A stretch of DNA of 62,195 nt, the filler included, from an uncultured bacterium (GTDB lineage: Bacteria; CAYJOG01), in assembly GCA_964371695.1 (NCBI GenBank). It is 20 parts of 20 records of this genome, joined end to end, with 100 filler letters (N's around TTAATTAATTAA, not from the genome) between each part and the next. Parts side by side here need not be neighbours in the genome. Positions count along the whole stretch, not along the records: positions 28,368 to 31,353 come from CAYJOG010000431.1; positions 31,454 to 34,466 come from CAYJOG010000432.1; positions 34,567 to 37,571 come from CAYJOG010000433.1; positions 37,672 to 40,671 come from CAYJOG010000434.1; 16 more parts are not named here. One strand, 5' to 3'. Position numbers and translations under genes: made by a program. The notes below the pieces were generated by a model. It worked only from the letters and a program-made list of their open reading frames with translations. It had not been told where the DNA came from and did not search any database. Of the stretch, positions 28,779-37,672 are shown piece after piece (position 1 is the stretch's first letter; each line of letters begins with the position of its first letter).

Positions 28779-30815
28779 ATGCAGCAGCCCTGGCGGCGGC
28801 CCCTGGCCATATTTCTGTTGCTGGCGGCGGCGGTGCGCCTGTGGCGCTGGTCTCCTGCGCCAGACTGGATGCTGGGAGGCCCTCTGCCGCTGGATGCCGG
28901 AGCCTGGGCCGCCCTGGCCCTGCTGCGCCGGGGGCCGGTGGGGGGCTGGTTTGCCGCCGCGCCCCATCTGGCCGCCTGGGCCGTGGGCCTGTTGGGTTTT
29001 GGCGCGGGCCTGCTGGTGCTCGGCGCCTGCCTGCGCCTGTCGTGGGCATGGTGGCAAAAAGACCCCCCCGCCAACCACTCGGTCGAAAAATCCCAGGACG
29101 GGATTTTGAGACAATCTGACGCAGGCCAGGGAGGGCCTGCCCCGAAAAGTGAAGGTCGAGAGACCGAAACTTTTCGCGGTGGTTGGCGGGGGAACCCCGC
29201 CAACCACTCGGTCGAAAAATCCCAGGACGGGATTTTGAGACAATCTGACGCAGGCCAGGGAGGGCCTGCCCCGAAAAGTGAAGGTCGAGAGACCGAAACT
29301 TTTCGCGGTGGTTGGCGGGGTTCCCCCGACAACCACTCGGTCGAAAAATCCCAGGACGGGATTTTGAGACAATCCTTATGGTGGCTCGCGCCGCTGATGC
29401 TGGTGGTGTTTCCCGTCGCACGGTTTGACGCGGGCCTGGGGTCGTCTCCCGCGCCGCTGCTGCTGGGGTCCGGTTTGCTGCTGGGGCTGATGGCGCAGGC
29501 GCGGCTGGTGGGCCGGGGCGCTGGTGTGGCCGCCGCGCTGGTGTGTGTGTTGCTGGGGGGTTGGTTGTTGTCGCCAGGCCTGCTGGGGTTTTCTCACGCC
29601 GAGGGGGCGGGCCTCTCCACGCCGCTGCTGCCGGGGGTGGACAAATCTTTCAGCCACCTGTTGCTGCCCATGGGGTTGCTGGGGCCGCTGTTTGTCTTAA
29701 CGCCCCTGCTGTTGTGGCTGGGTGTGCCGGGCCAGGGCCGCCTGCCCGCCGTGTTGATGGGGGTGGGGGTGAGTGCGCTGGCGGCGTGGCAGGCGCGTTT
29801 TTTGCCGCTGGCCGCGCCGTTTTTCGCCCTGGGCCTCACGGGCTGGCTGGTGCGCCTGCAGGGCCAGTTGGCCAGTGTGCCCGGCCCCGGGGCCAAGTGG
29901 CTGCCCGTGGTGCTGGGTCTGGTGAGTCTGCTGCCCTGCCTGCTGGCCCGCCGTGGCCCGCCCCTCTCGCCAGAGCTGGCTGCCACGGGGCAGGTGTTGG
30001 CCCAGGCGCGTCGGGCGGGGCTGACAGGCAACGTGCTGGTTGACCCGGCACTGGATGACGTGGTGCTGGCCCTGAGCCAACTCACCCCCGTTCCCGGCCC
30101 CGAAGCCAGCCGCCACCTGGGTGTATTCGCCACCAAGGACTGTGATTTTTTCGCCCGCGAAATGGACACCCACGTTGCGGATTATTTTCTGGGCACGGCG
30201 GGGCTGTTGCCGCGCCTGCCGCGCCTGATGCAGCAGTCTGGTCTGGTGACAAAGGTGAGCCGGGAGTTCCCCGTGTTTTTTGACCGGCAATATCAGGACT
30301 GGCGGTTTCGTCACCTGGGGGCCGCCACGGTGTATGACCTGTGTCCGTGGCATCTCGTCACGTCGCTGGGCAGCGACATCACGATATTGGACGTGAAGAC
30401 GCCGTCGGTGTCGCAACTGGCCCCGCTGATGGTGAGCGGCGTGATGGAGTCGGTGAACTTTGGCCGGGGCAGACGGGAGGTGGCCGGTGCGGCGTTGTTC
30501 CGGCGGGTTGCCAAACCGGCGGTGGTGCAGGTGAGCGGCCCGCCGGGACTGCTGGTGCTGGGGCGTTTGCCCCTCACCCTCAAAAACGGCCCCAAGCCTC
30601 AGACGGTGTTTTTTGAGACCCGCGCCAAGCCAGACAAATTGGGCCGCGCCACACTGAAACTGCCCTTTGGCGGCCCGGTTCCCAGGGGGGGCATCCAACC
30701 GGCGGGGCCGCTGGTGGTGGTGTGGCAGGACATGCGGTTTGTCTCGACGCCGCTGGTGACTGGCCAAGCAGCTCAGGCCCGTTATGAGAACAGCAGGCCG
30801 TGGAAAAAGGAGTGA
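28779..30815 (+). CDS. Polytopic membrane protein with a soluble C-terminal domain and an in-frame repeat insertion
   Basis: Many TM segments; a hydrophilic 43-aa repeat block interrupts them. Confidence 0.65.
   Translation: MQQPWRRPLAIFLLLAAAVRLWRWSPAPDWMLGGPLPLDAGAWAALALLRRGPVGGWFAAAPHLAAWAVGLLGFGAGLLVLGACLRLSWAWWQKDPPANHSVEKSQDGILRQSDAGQGGPAPKSEGRETETFRGGWRGNPANHSVEKSQDGILRQSDAGQGGPAPKSEGRETETFRGGWRGSPDNHSVEKSQDGILRQSLWWLAPLMLVVFPVARFDAGLGSSPAPLLLGSGLLLGLMAQARLVGRGAGVAAALVCVLLGGWLLSPGLLGFSHAEGAGLSTPLLPGVDKSFSHLLLPMGLLGPLFVLTPLLLWLGVPGQGRLPAVLMGVGVSALAAWQARFLPLAAPFFALGLTGWLVRLQGQLASVPGPGAKWLPVVLGLVSLLPCLLARRGPPLSPELAATGQVLAQARRAGLTGNVLVDPALDDVVLALSQLTPVPGPEASRHLGVFATKDCDFFAREMDTHVADYFLGTAGLLPRLPRLMQQSGLVTKVSREFPVFFDRQYQDWRFRHLGAATVYDLCPWHLVTSLGSDITILDVKTPSVSQLAPLMVSGVMESVNFGRGRREVAGAALFRRVAKPAVVQVSGPPGLLVLGRLPLTLKNGPKPQTVFFETRAKPDKLGRATLKLPFGGPVPRGGIQPAGPLVVVWQDMRFVSTPLVTGQAAQARYENSRPWKKE
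29066..29375 (+). repeat. 129-bp tandem repeat, ~2.4 copies, four hairpins per unit
   Basis: AACCACTCGGTCGAAAAATCCC recurs at 29073, 29202 and 29331. Confidence 0.95.
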
Positions 30816-30836
30816 AAGAAGGGAAAGTTTGGAAAG

Positions 30837-31196
30837 TTATTTTTCCCAAGAAGGGTATGGGATAAACCATTCAGTACTTGATTTGTGTCCTGTTGCGACG
30901 GCAGATTCGAAATCTCTCAACAATGTGCTCACGGCCCGGCTGACAGCGCCTTTCAGCGTGTCATCCCAATCTTTTGAGGTTATATAAGCAGCCATCTGAT
31001 GAGGAGTTTTTATATGATGGCTTTGAGAAAAGTAATACCGAGATTGAAAAGGGTTCAAATAGAACCGTATTCGCACAAGAATGCACCCATCGTCGGTGTC
31101 GACAACAATTTTTAGTTCGGTGACAAAAACATAGGTCTCAATAACATCTTTATATTCCCTTACAGACTCCCACACACTTTGTTCAAGATAATCCAT
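30837..31196 (-). CDS. AT-rich hypothetical protein
   Basis: 119-aa ORF with AGGAGG Shine-Dalgarno; visibly lower GC than its flanks. Confidence 0.75.
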   Translation of the reverse strand: MDYLEQSVWESVREYKDVIETYVFVTELKIVVDTDDGCILVRIRFYLNPFQSRYYFSQSHHIKTPHQMAAYITSKDWDDTLKGAVSRAVSTLLRDFESAVATGHKSSTEWFIPYPSWEK

Positions 31197-31453
31197 ATCA
31201 TCCTCCTTTGAATATGACTATAGTACACATAAACCTACAGTCATGCTCTTTCTTTTTCTAATAGCGATATGATTTTGCGCGAGCATTTGTTTTTTCCCTG
31301 AACCAAATGCCCTACATGGAAGAAGATGGTGCGGCGCAGTGGGGGGGGGGGGGNNNNNNNNNNNNNNNNNNNNNNNNNNNNNNNNNNNNNNNNNNNNTTA
31401 ATTAATTAANNNNNNNNNNNNNNNNNNNNNNNNNNNNNNNNNNNNNNNNNNNN

Positions 31454-32638
31454 CATGATGCCCATGCCCAACGCCACCAGCCAGAAGTGCCAGTCCAGCC
31501 AGCGTACGCTGTACCAACTGCGGCGCGTGAGGCGGGGCCAGAGGTGGGTGATGAAACCCTTGATCCACAGGCCGAACACACCAAACATCACGAGGTGGCT
31601 GTGGCCCACCACCCAGTCGGTGAAGTGGATGATCTTCTGCGCACTCAGGGTGACCTGATAGGCGCACTGCAAACAGGTGGTGAAGTAGTAGATCATGCCC
31701 AGAAAGAACCAGCGGATGGGCAGGTTGTAGAGCACATAGTGGCCGCTGCCCCGTAGGGTCATGAAGAAGTTGATGACCACGCTGGTCACCACCACCTCCA
31801 CCGCCACGGTGCTCACCACCGCGCCATATTGCACGTACATGGGAATGGGGCTGAACATGAAGTGGTGAATGCCGTTGAGCGGATAAAAGAACGCCAGACC
31901 CCAGAAGCCGATGAGTGACAGCGTGTGGCTGTAAATGGGTTTTTTGAGAATCAGCGGCACGAAGTAATACATCAGCCCCCAGCCAAAAGGGGTGACGAAC
32001 AGGCCCACGAGGTCGTGGATGAACAGGCCGCCCACCGCCGCGCCCGACACGCCGGGCACGAAGTATTGCGGAATGTTGCTGCCCATGAGATGCACCAGCC
32101 CCAGCCACAGCAGGCCGGCGGTGAAATACCACAGCGAGACGTACATGGATTTTTCTTTGGCGCGGATGATGGCGGGGTAGATGTTGATGGCCATCAGCAC
32201 CCAGGCCACGGCGATGATGGGGTCTACCCAGGTGGGGTTTTCAGACCATTCCACGGCCTGGGCGTGGCCCGTGAGAATGCCAAACACCGTGAGCGCCACG
32301 GCCAACTGCCAGAGCCAATAGATAAACCAGCCCAAGCTCCGGTTGAGCAACTTTTGGCCCGTGAGGCGGGGAATGGCGTAAATCACGCCCCCTACAAAAG
32401 CGTTGGCGATGAAGCCATAGGCCACCATGTTGGTGTGTACCATGCGCACGCGGCCAGGGCTGAGCAGTTCAATGCCCACAAAGGGGTAGTGCCGCAAAAA
32501 CTGAAAGCTGAACAGAATGCCCCCGGTGAGGGCGACGACAAACCAGAACACTGCGGCGCTGAAGTGTGCGCGCACCAGTCGTTCGTCTACCAGGTCCGCG
32601 ATGACGGGGCCGGGTTCGTGCGGGGCGGCGTGGGCCAT
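31454..32638 (-). CDS. ccoN: Divergent cbb3-type (C-family) heme-copper oxidase subunit I (3' partial)
   Basis: GRVRMVHTN, IHDLVGL, PIYSH.LS...FW...FYPLNGIHH and HFTDWVVGHSH motifs. Confidence 0.85.
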
Positions 32639-32640
32639 GC

Positions 32641-33576
32641 TCAGTGCCTCCCTTCCATATGGATGCTCGGATGCGGCACGCCGCGTTTGGCCAGAATCTG
32701 CTGCTGGCGCTGCTGTATTTTGGTGTCCACGTAATAAACCACCGCCCACAGGTCTTCGGGGGTGTTGAGCTGGTCTTTCCAGCCTGCCATGGCGGTGCCC
32801 TGCACCCCCAGGCTGATGCGCTTGGCCAGATCAGTCATGTTGTAGACGGAGCGCAGGTGATCCTTGGTGAAGTCCGGCGGCAGTGTCTGACCGCCCCAGT
32901 CGTCTTCTTTCCACACGGCCGTCTCTGCGTTTTCACGCATGGGAATGTTCTTGCCGGTGTCGTTGATGGTGTCCAGCCGGGCCTGATCCACATAAGAAAC
33001 GTGGCACGACCAGCACTGGGTCTTGACGTGATAGAGGTATTCGCCACGGGCCAGAATGGCGGCGAGGGTTTCTTCGTCGGCGTCCGAGAAAGGATCATTG
33101 GGGATCGCCAGGGGTTTGCCCTGGGGTTCCTCAAAGGCGGTGGAAAGGGTTTTGATGTATTCCACCAGGGCGAAACGGGTTTCTTCGGGCAACAGCCGCC
33201 AACTGGGCATGGCGCTGCCCCGCAGGCCACGGGTGATGGTTTCAAACAGGTCGTGGTCGGTGGGCAGTTCGCCGGTATCCACGCTGGTGAATTTGAACGC
33301 GCCGCTGGTGAAGTCGCGGGGTTTGGGCTGCATCACGGCAGCGGCGGGGCCTTTGCCGTCGCCTTTTTCGCCATGGCAGCCGCTGCAATAGGTCATATAG
33401 GCCCGTTTGCCCACGGCCAGGGCTTCTTTTTCTTCAAGCGAAAGGCCAGAGAGGGACTGCTGCTGCCGGGGGCCAGACGTGGCCTGATCGGCGCTCACGC
33501 GCAACAGGCCAGCCACACCAAGGGCCGCAGTCAGGCTGGCAGCAGTGCAGATGAGAATCCAATAGGGTTTTTTCAC
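32641..33576 (-). CDS. Diheme c-type cytochrome
   Basis: CSGCHG..GDGKG....PKPRDF and CWSCH heme motifs; N-terminal anchor; directly upstream of ccoN. Confidence 0.9.
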   Translation of the reverse strand: MKKPYWILICTAASLTAALGVAGLLRVSADQATSGPRQQQSLSGLSLEEKEALAVGKRAYMTYCSGCHGEKGDGKGPAAAVMQPKPRDFTSGAFKFTSVDTGELPTDHDLFETITRGLRGSAMPSWRLLPEETRFALVEYIKTLSTAFEEPQGKPLAIPNDPFSDADEETLAAILARGEYLYHVKTQCWSCHVSYVDQARLDTINDTGKNIPMRENAETAVWKEDDWGGQTLPPDFTKDHLRSVYNMTDLAKRISLGVQGTAMAGWKDQLNTPEDLWAVVYYVDTKIQQRQQQILAKRGVPHPSIHMEGRH

Positions 33577-33733
33577 GGGTTCAGGCTCCGTTTATACGGC
33601 ATCACAGATTTCAATTGAGGGCATCGGTGTCCGGAAGTACAGGTCGCAAGGTTAACCACATCCTTAAGCCAGTCAAGCGGGAGTTTTGAGGTAGGACAAA
33701 ACCAACGCCATGAGGACGATTGTTCTGGTGCGT

Positions 33734-34288
33734 TTATTTCTCCAGAATGTCCTTTTCCTTCTCGGCCAGATGGCGGTCTACGTCGGCGATGGCCTTGTCG
33801 GTGAGGTTCTGGATCTCCTTGGTTTGCCGGTTGAGCTGGTCTTCGGCGATTTCGCCGTCTTTTTGCTGGCGTTTGAGAGTGTCGTTGGCGTCGCGGCGGA
33901 TGTTGCGGATGGCGATCTTGGCTTCTTCGCCCTCTTTCTTCACCACTTTCACCAGTTCCTTGCGGCGGTCTTCGGTGAGGGGCGGCAGGTTGATGCGAAT
34001 ACACTTGCCGTCGCTCTGGGGCGTCAGATTCAGGTCACTGGTCATGATGCCTTTTTCGATGGCGTGTACATTGGCCCGGTCAAAGGGTTCCAGCACCAGT
34101 TGGCGGGGGCCGCCGATGCTGATGGTGGCCACGTCACGGATGTGCATGGTGGAGCCATAGGCCTCGACCTGCACGCGGTCCAGCAGGCTCACGTTGGCGC
34201 GGCCGGTGCGGATGCCCGTCAGATTCTGTTCCAGTTTTTCCAGCGCCTTCTGGCTGCGGTGTTTGAAATCGTTGAGCACGTCGGACAT
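33734..34288 (-). CDS. frr: Ribosome recycling factor
   Basis: IRTGRAN, LPPLTEDRRKELVK and AIRNIRRDAN motifs. Confidence 0.97.
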   Translation of the reverse strand: MSDVLNDFKHRSQKALEKLEQNLTGIRTGRANVSLLDRVQVEAYGSTMHIRDVATISIGGPRQLVLEPFDRANVHAIEKGIMTSDLNLTPQSDGKCIRINLPPLTEDRRKELVKVVKKEGEEAKIAIRNIRRDANDTLKRQQKDGEIAEDQLNRQTKEIQNLTDKAIADVDRHLAEKEKDILEK

Positions 34289-34349
34289 GGTTCCTCCTGC
34301 AAGGGCGGCATTATAGGCCAAGGCTGGCCTGATAAACTGATGCCCCTAA

Positions 34350-34435
34350 GCCGGGGTGGCGGAATGGTAGACGCAGCGGACTTAAAATCCGCAGGGCGCA
34401 AGCCCGTGGGGGTTCGACTGACCCCCCCCCCCCCC
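34350..34435 (+). tRNA. tRNA-Leu (TAA); 3' end degraded at the contig end
   Basis: GCCGGGGTGGCGGAATGGTAGACGC, anticodon loop CTTAAAA, long variable arm, GGTTCGA; the 3' acceptor strand is lost in a poly-C run. Confidence 0.88.
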
Positions 34436-34566
34436 AAAGTGGGGGGGCGGGGGGGGGGGGGGCCCCNNNNNNNNNNNNNNNNNNNNNNNNNNNNNNNNNN
34501 NNNNNNNNNNTTAATTAATTAANNNNNNNNNNNNNNNNNNNNNNNNNNNNNNNNNNNNNNNNNNNN

Positions 34567-34690
34567 TCCATGGCGGCTGGTCCCAGGGCATCCATCCATG
34601 GATGCCCGCTCGGCGGGCCAGAGCACCAATGTGCTCTGGCAATGCCCCGCCTCGCCCGGCGGCGGAACGGGCCATCCATGGCCCTTGGCC
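34567..34690 (-). repeat. Multi-hairpin element with ATGGA loops downstream of atpF
   Basis: On the minus strand: GGGCC-ATGGAT-GGCCC, CCAGAGCAC..GTGCTCTGG, GGGCATCC-ATGGAT-GGATGCCC, then GCC-ATGGA. Confidence 0.7.
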
Positions 34691-34727
34691 ACAGATGTAA
34701 CGGCAGATTGTCGGGCGGCTCTGAACA

Positions 34728-35219
34728 TTAATTTGTTTTCTCCAGCAGTTGGTCAATGTACGACTCCACCACTTTCAGGTGTTCGTCTTTGCTCAGGTGC
34801 TGCTGCAGCACCCGCCCGGCCACCTCCACGGTGGTTTCGGCAATGAAGTCCCGCAGGTCCAGCTTGGCCCGGCGCACTTCTTCTGCAATGGCGTTGCGGG
34901 CTTCTTCCTGCTCGCGGGCCGATTCTTCGCGGGCGTCCAGAATCAACTTGTCGGCGATTTCCTGACCCCGTTTGACTTCGGCGGCGAGGCGGTCGTGGGC
35001 CTCCTGCTCGATGCGGCCCAAGTGCTCTTCGTATTGCACCCGCGCCACCTCGGCGGCCTTGAGCGCCTCGTTGGCCTTGTCATAGACATCCTGCACGTCT
35101 TTTGTGCGTTGGTCCATCATGTCGGTGAGGGGTCCCCACGCAAACTTGCGCAGGCCCCAAAGCAATATCAGGAACCCGATGATCTGAAGAATAATTGCCT
35201 TGATGGATAAACCGTCCAT
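34728..35219 (-). CDS. atpF: ATP synthase F0 subunit b
   Basis: N-terminal TM, KFAWGP, coiled coil; follows atpE. Confidence 0.93.
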   Translation of the reverse strand: MDGLSIKAIILQIIGFLILLWGLRKFAWGPLTDMMDQRTKDVQDVYDKANEALKAAEVARVQYEEHLGRIEQEAHDRLAAEVKRGQEIADKLILDAREESAREQEEARNAIAEEVRRAKLDLRDFIAETTVEVAGRVLQQHLSKDEHLKVVESYIDQLLEKTN

Positions 35220-35293
35220 CTGCTCCTCCGTGGCGTGTGGGGACGCCGGACGTGGTCGCCCGTCTCCCCCCGCCGGGGTGGTTTAAGAGAGTC

Positions 35294-35524
35294 TCAGGCG
35301 ACTTTGCCGCTGAGGATGAACACAACCAGCAGCGCGTAAATCGTGAGGGCTTCGATGAACGCCGCGCCGATGATCATACCGGTCTGGATTTTGCCAGCGG
35401 CTTCTGGCTGGCGGCCAATGGCCTCCATGGCTTTGCCCACGGCGTTGCCGATGCCAATGCCGGAACCGATGGCGGCGAAACCCACGCCGAGGGGAAGACC
35501 CAGTCCGAGAAGATTACCTTCCAT
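35294..35524 (-). CDS. atpE: ATP synthase F0 subunit c
   Basis: GxGxGxG, GRQPEA and FIEALTIY motifs. Confidence 0.97.
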   Translation of the reverse strand: MEGNLLGLGLPLGVGFAAIGSGIGIGNAVGKAMEAIGRQPEAAGKIQTGMIIGAAFIEALTIYALLVVFILSGKVA

Positions 35525-35568
35525 GATGAAACTCCTTTTGGTTTGTTTTTTCCGAATGTTCAGAGAGG

Positions 35569-36357
35569 TTAGTGATGTTCGCCGTGGCCGTGGTCGTCGT
35601 GGGGCAGCAGCAAAAAGATGTAGATGGTGCTGAGCAGTGAAAATACCATGGCCTGGATGAAACCCACCAAAAGCGCCAGGGGCAGCAACACGGCATGCAC
35701 CGGCAGCGGCAGGGGAAACCAGTCCACACCAATGCTGATGCCCGCGATGAGCGTGATGAAGCCCGCCGCCAGAATGTGCTCGCCGGTGAGGTTGCCGAAA
35801 AGTCGCAGCGACAGCGACAGGGGCTTGATGAACTCGCCCACCACATGCAGCGGCGCCATCAAAGGGGCCATCCACAGTGGCTCACCCAAAAAATGCTTCA
35901 GATAAGCGCCGACGCCGTTGCCCCGGATGCCTTCGTATTGCGCGTAACAGAACACACAAATCGCCAGCGCCGCCGTGGTGTTGAGCACTGCGGTGGGGCC
36001 GTTATAACCGGGCACCAGACCCAGATAGTTCATGGTGAGGATGAACAGGAACAACGTGGCGATGAAGGGGATGTATTTTTTTCCGCCGGGAATCACGCCC
36101 TCCACCATGTCGGTAATGAAACCCAGAAACGTCTCCATGAGCGCCTGAAACCCCGTGGGGATGCGCGCCGGGCGGGCCAGCTTGGCCACCGCCACCAGCA
36201 GCAGCAGGCCAATGGTGAAGAAATACCAGAAGAGATATTCCAGCGAGAGGACTTCCTTGCCGTCTTTCTGGAATTCCATCAGCGTACTCAGGTCCGTATA
36301 CCACGCCGCCTGCTTGAAACCGGTGGCGGAATTGATCCAGTCGAACATCGTGGGCAC
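35569..36357 (-). CDS. atpB: ATP synthase F0 subunit a (true start uncertain)
   Basis: LFLFIL.MN.LGLVPG and [15 protein letters not shown] motifs, and FIQA.VF.LL. Confidence 0.96.
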   Translation of the reverse strand: MPTMFDWINSATGFKQAAWYTDLSTLMEFQKDGKEVLSLEYLFWYFFTIGLLLLVAVAKLARPARIPTGFQALMETFLGFITDMVEGVIPGGKKYIPFIATLFLFILTMNYLGLVPGYNGPTAVLNTTAALAICVFCYAQYEGIRGNGVGAYLKHFLGEPLWMAPLMAPLHVVGEFIKPLSLSLRLFGNLTGEHILAAGFITLIAGISIGVDWFPLPLPVHAVLLPLALLVGFIQAMVFSLLSTIYIFLLLPHDDHGHGEHH

Positions 36358-36459
36358 ATGGGGGGGGCCATCGTGGCCTGCACCCTTGTGGCCACCCGCT
36401 GCGTGTTTTCCTTCGGCGGGTGCGCCTTCTTCTGCCCCGGCGTGTTCAGCGCCTTCGGC

Positions 36460-37152
36460 TTAGGCGTTGGCTTCGTGGGTGACCACGGCCATCAGGCCCA
36501 GGTTTGAATGGCGGGCGGGGACGCCCGCCCCACTTCGCAGTTCCCGTGCCTTCACACCCGCCATCAGACCCAGGGGCAGCATCAGCATCACCAGCGCGCC
36601 CATCACCCGTTTGGCCGGGCCAGCGGGGGCGGGGGCCTCTGTTTTGGTCGCCACCGGGGCTGATACGGTTTTGCCGTCAAACAGAAAACGGCCTGCGGCC
36701 TTCAGCACCAGAATCACCAGCGGATAGGAATAACCCGCCAGAAAACCTTTGGCGTTCACCACAAACAAAAGCGGAAAAATGGCCGTGAGACTCAACAGGT
36801 GCCCCAGGGCATATTTGACAGCCGCCCTGCGGTCCACCGCTTCGGCGTCTGCTGGCCGGAGCACCATGGGCACCAGTTTGCCCAGGGTGAAAAGACCCAC
36901 CAGGTTCAGCACCAGACCCGCCAGCGCCCCCAGGGCGGCGTCGGGACTGATGCGCACAAACAGCGCCACCAGCACCAGACCACTGGCCGCCGCCAGGGTC
37001 ACGGTGCGGGACACCAGACCCTCGATGGGAAGTGTGTCTTGGGGAGGAACGGAAACCGTCTGCGGCATGGGGGCCACAGGCGAGGGGGGCAATTGGAGTG
37101 AATTGTCCTGCATTCCGGCGCGCTTTGTACCTTCCTTCACAAGGTCTGTCAA
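36460..37152 (-). CDS. AtpI-like membrane protein, in frame with atpB
   Basis: About four TM helices in the atpI position, plus an extra hydrophobic tail. Confidence 0.65.
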   Translation of the reverse strand: MTDLVKEGTKRAGMQDNSLQLPPSPVAPMPQTVSVPPQDTLPIEGLVSRTVTLAAASGLVLVALFVRISPDAALGALAGLVLNLVGLFTLGKLVPMVLRPADAEAVDRRAAVKYALGHLLSLTAIFPLLFVVNAKGFLAGYSYPLVILVLKAAGRFLFDGKTVSAPVATKTEAPAPAGPAKRVMGALVMLMLPLGLMAGVKARELRSGAGVPARHSNLGLMAVVTHEANA

Positions 37153-37257
37153 CTAAATCGTCTGGATAACATTCAAAAAAAGCCTCCTTATAAGAGGAGG
37201 ATCAGATAACCCACTTTTCTTGACAGGGAGAAAGGCCCATGGCTGCTAACTTTTTTC

Positions 37258-37404
37258 GGAGTAGCGGCGGGCTATCGCCTTCTCGCGGCTGGGTGCCCCA
37301 ATGGGCGCCCAGAGAGCCTCCGCTCGAACTCCCACCGCCGTAAAAGGCAAAAACTTTTTGATTTTGGAGAGGTTGTTGCGCGGTGCGGACACCGCGCCTA
37401 CTCC
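37258..37404. repeat. Class A REP pair carrying the 60-bp insertion
   Basis: GGAGTAGCGGCGG[60 bp]CCCACCGCCG, then GCGCGGTGCGGACACCGCGCCTACTCC. Confidence 0.85.
37271..37330 (+). mobile_element. 60-bp hairpin element inserted in a REP
   Basis: Near-identical to 10256-10315. Confidence 0.75.
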
Positions 37405-37444
37405 TGCCTCGGCCATGGACTGAACCGCCCGTTCCCTGCCACCG

Positions 37445-37570
37445 TCAACCCTTGTTCAGCGTGTCGAGCATGGCCTTGATGGCCCCCATGAAACCCACCA
37501 TCACGCCCCCCACCACGCCCCAGGGAGCCTCGATGTAATGGGCCGCCACCCACCGCCCCGCCACATAACC
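37445..37570 (-). CDS. AtpZ/AtpI-family (ATPase gene 1) C-terminal fragment
   Basis: GYVAGRWVAAHYIEAPWGVVGGVMVGFMGAIKAMLDTLNKG*; sits upstream of the atp genes. Confidence 0.65.
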   Translation of the reverse strand, partial: GYVAGRWVAAHYIEAPWGVVGGVMVGFMGAIKAMLDTLNKG

Positions 37571-37672
37571 CNNNNNNNNNNNNNNNNNNNNNNNNNNNNN
37601 NNNNNNNNNNNNNNNTTAATTAATTAANNNNNNNNNNNNNNNNNNNNNNNNNNNNNNNNNNNNNNNNNNNNG

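Noticed and set aside
29066-29375. Tandem repeat as a CRISPR array
   Set aside because: Units are 129 bp and near-identical throughout, with no unique spacers and no cas genes.
28618-29421. Minus-strand and alternative-frame repeat ORFs
   Set aside because: By-products of the stop-poor 129-bp repeat.
34420-34466. Poly-C/poly-G tracts (also 9506, 31340, 53035, 59268) as phase-variation or G-quadruplex sites
   Set aside because: All lie at contig ends and look like low-quality sequence.
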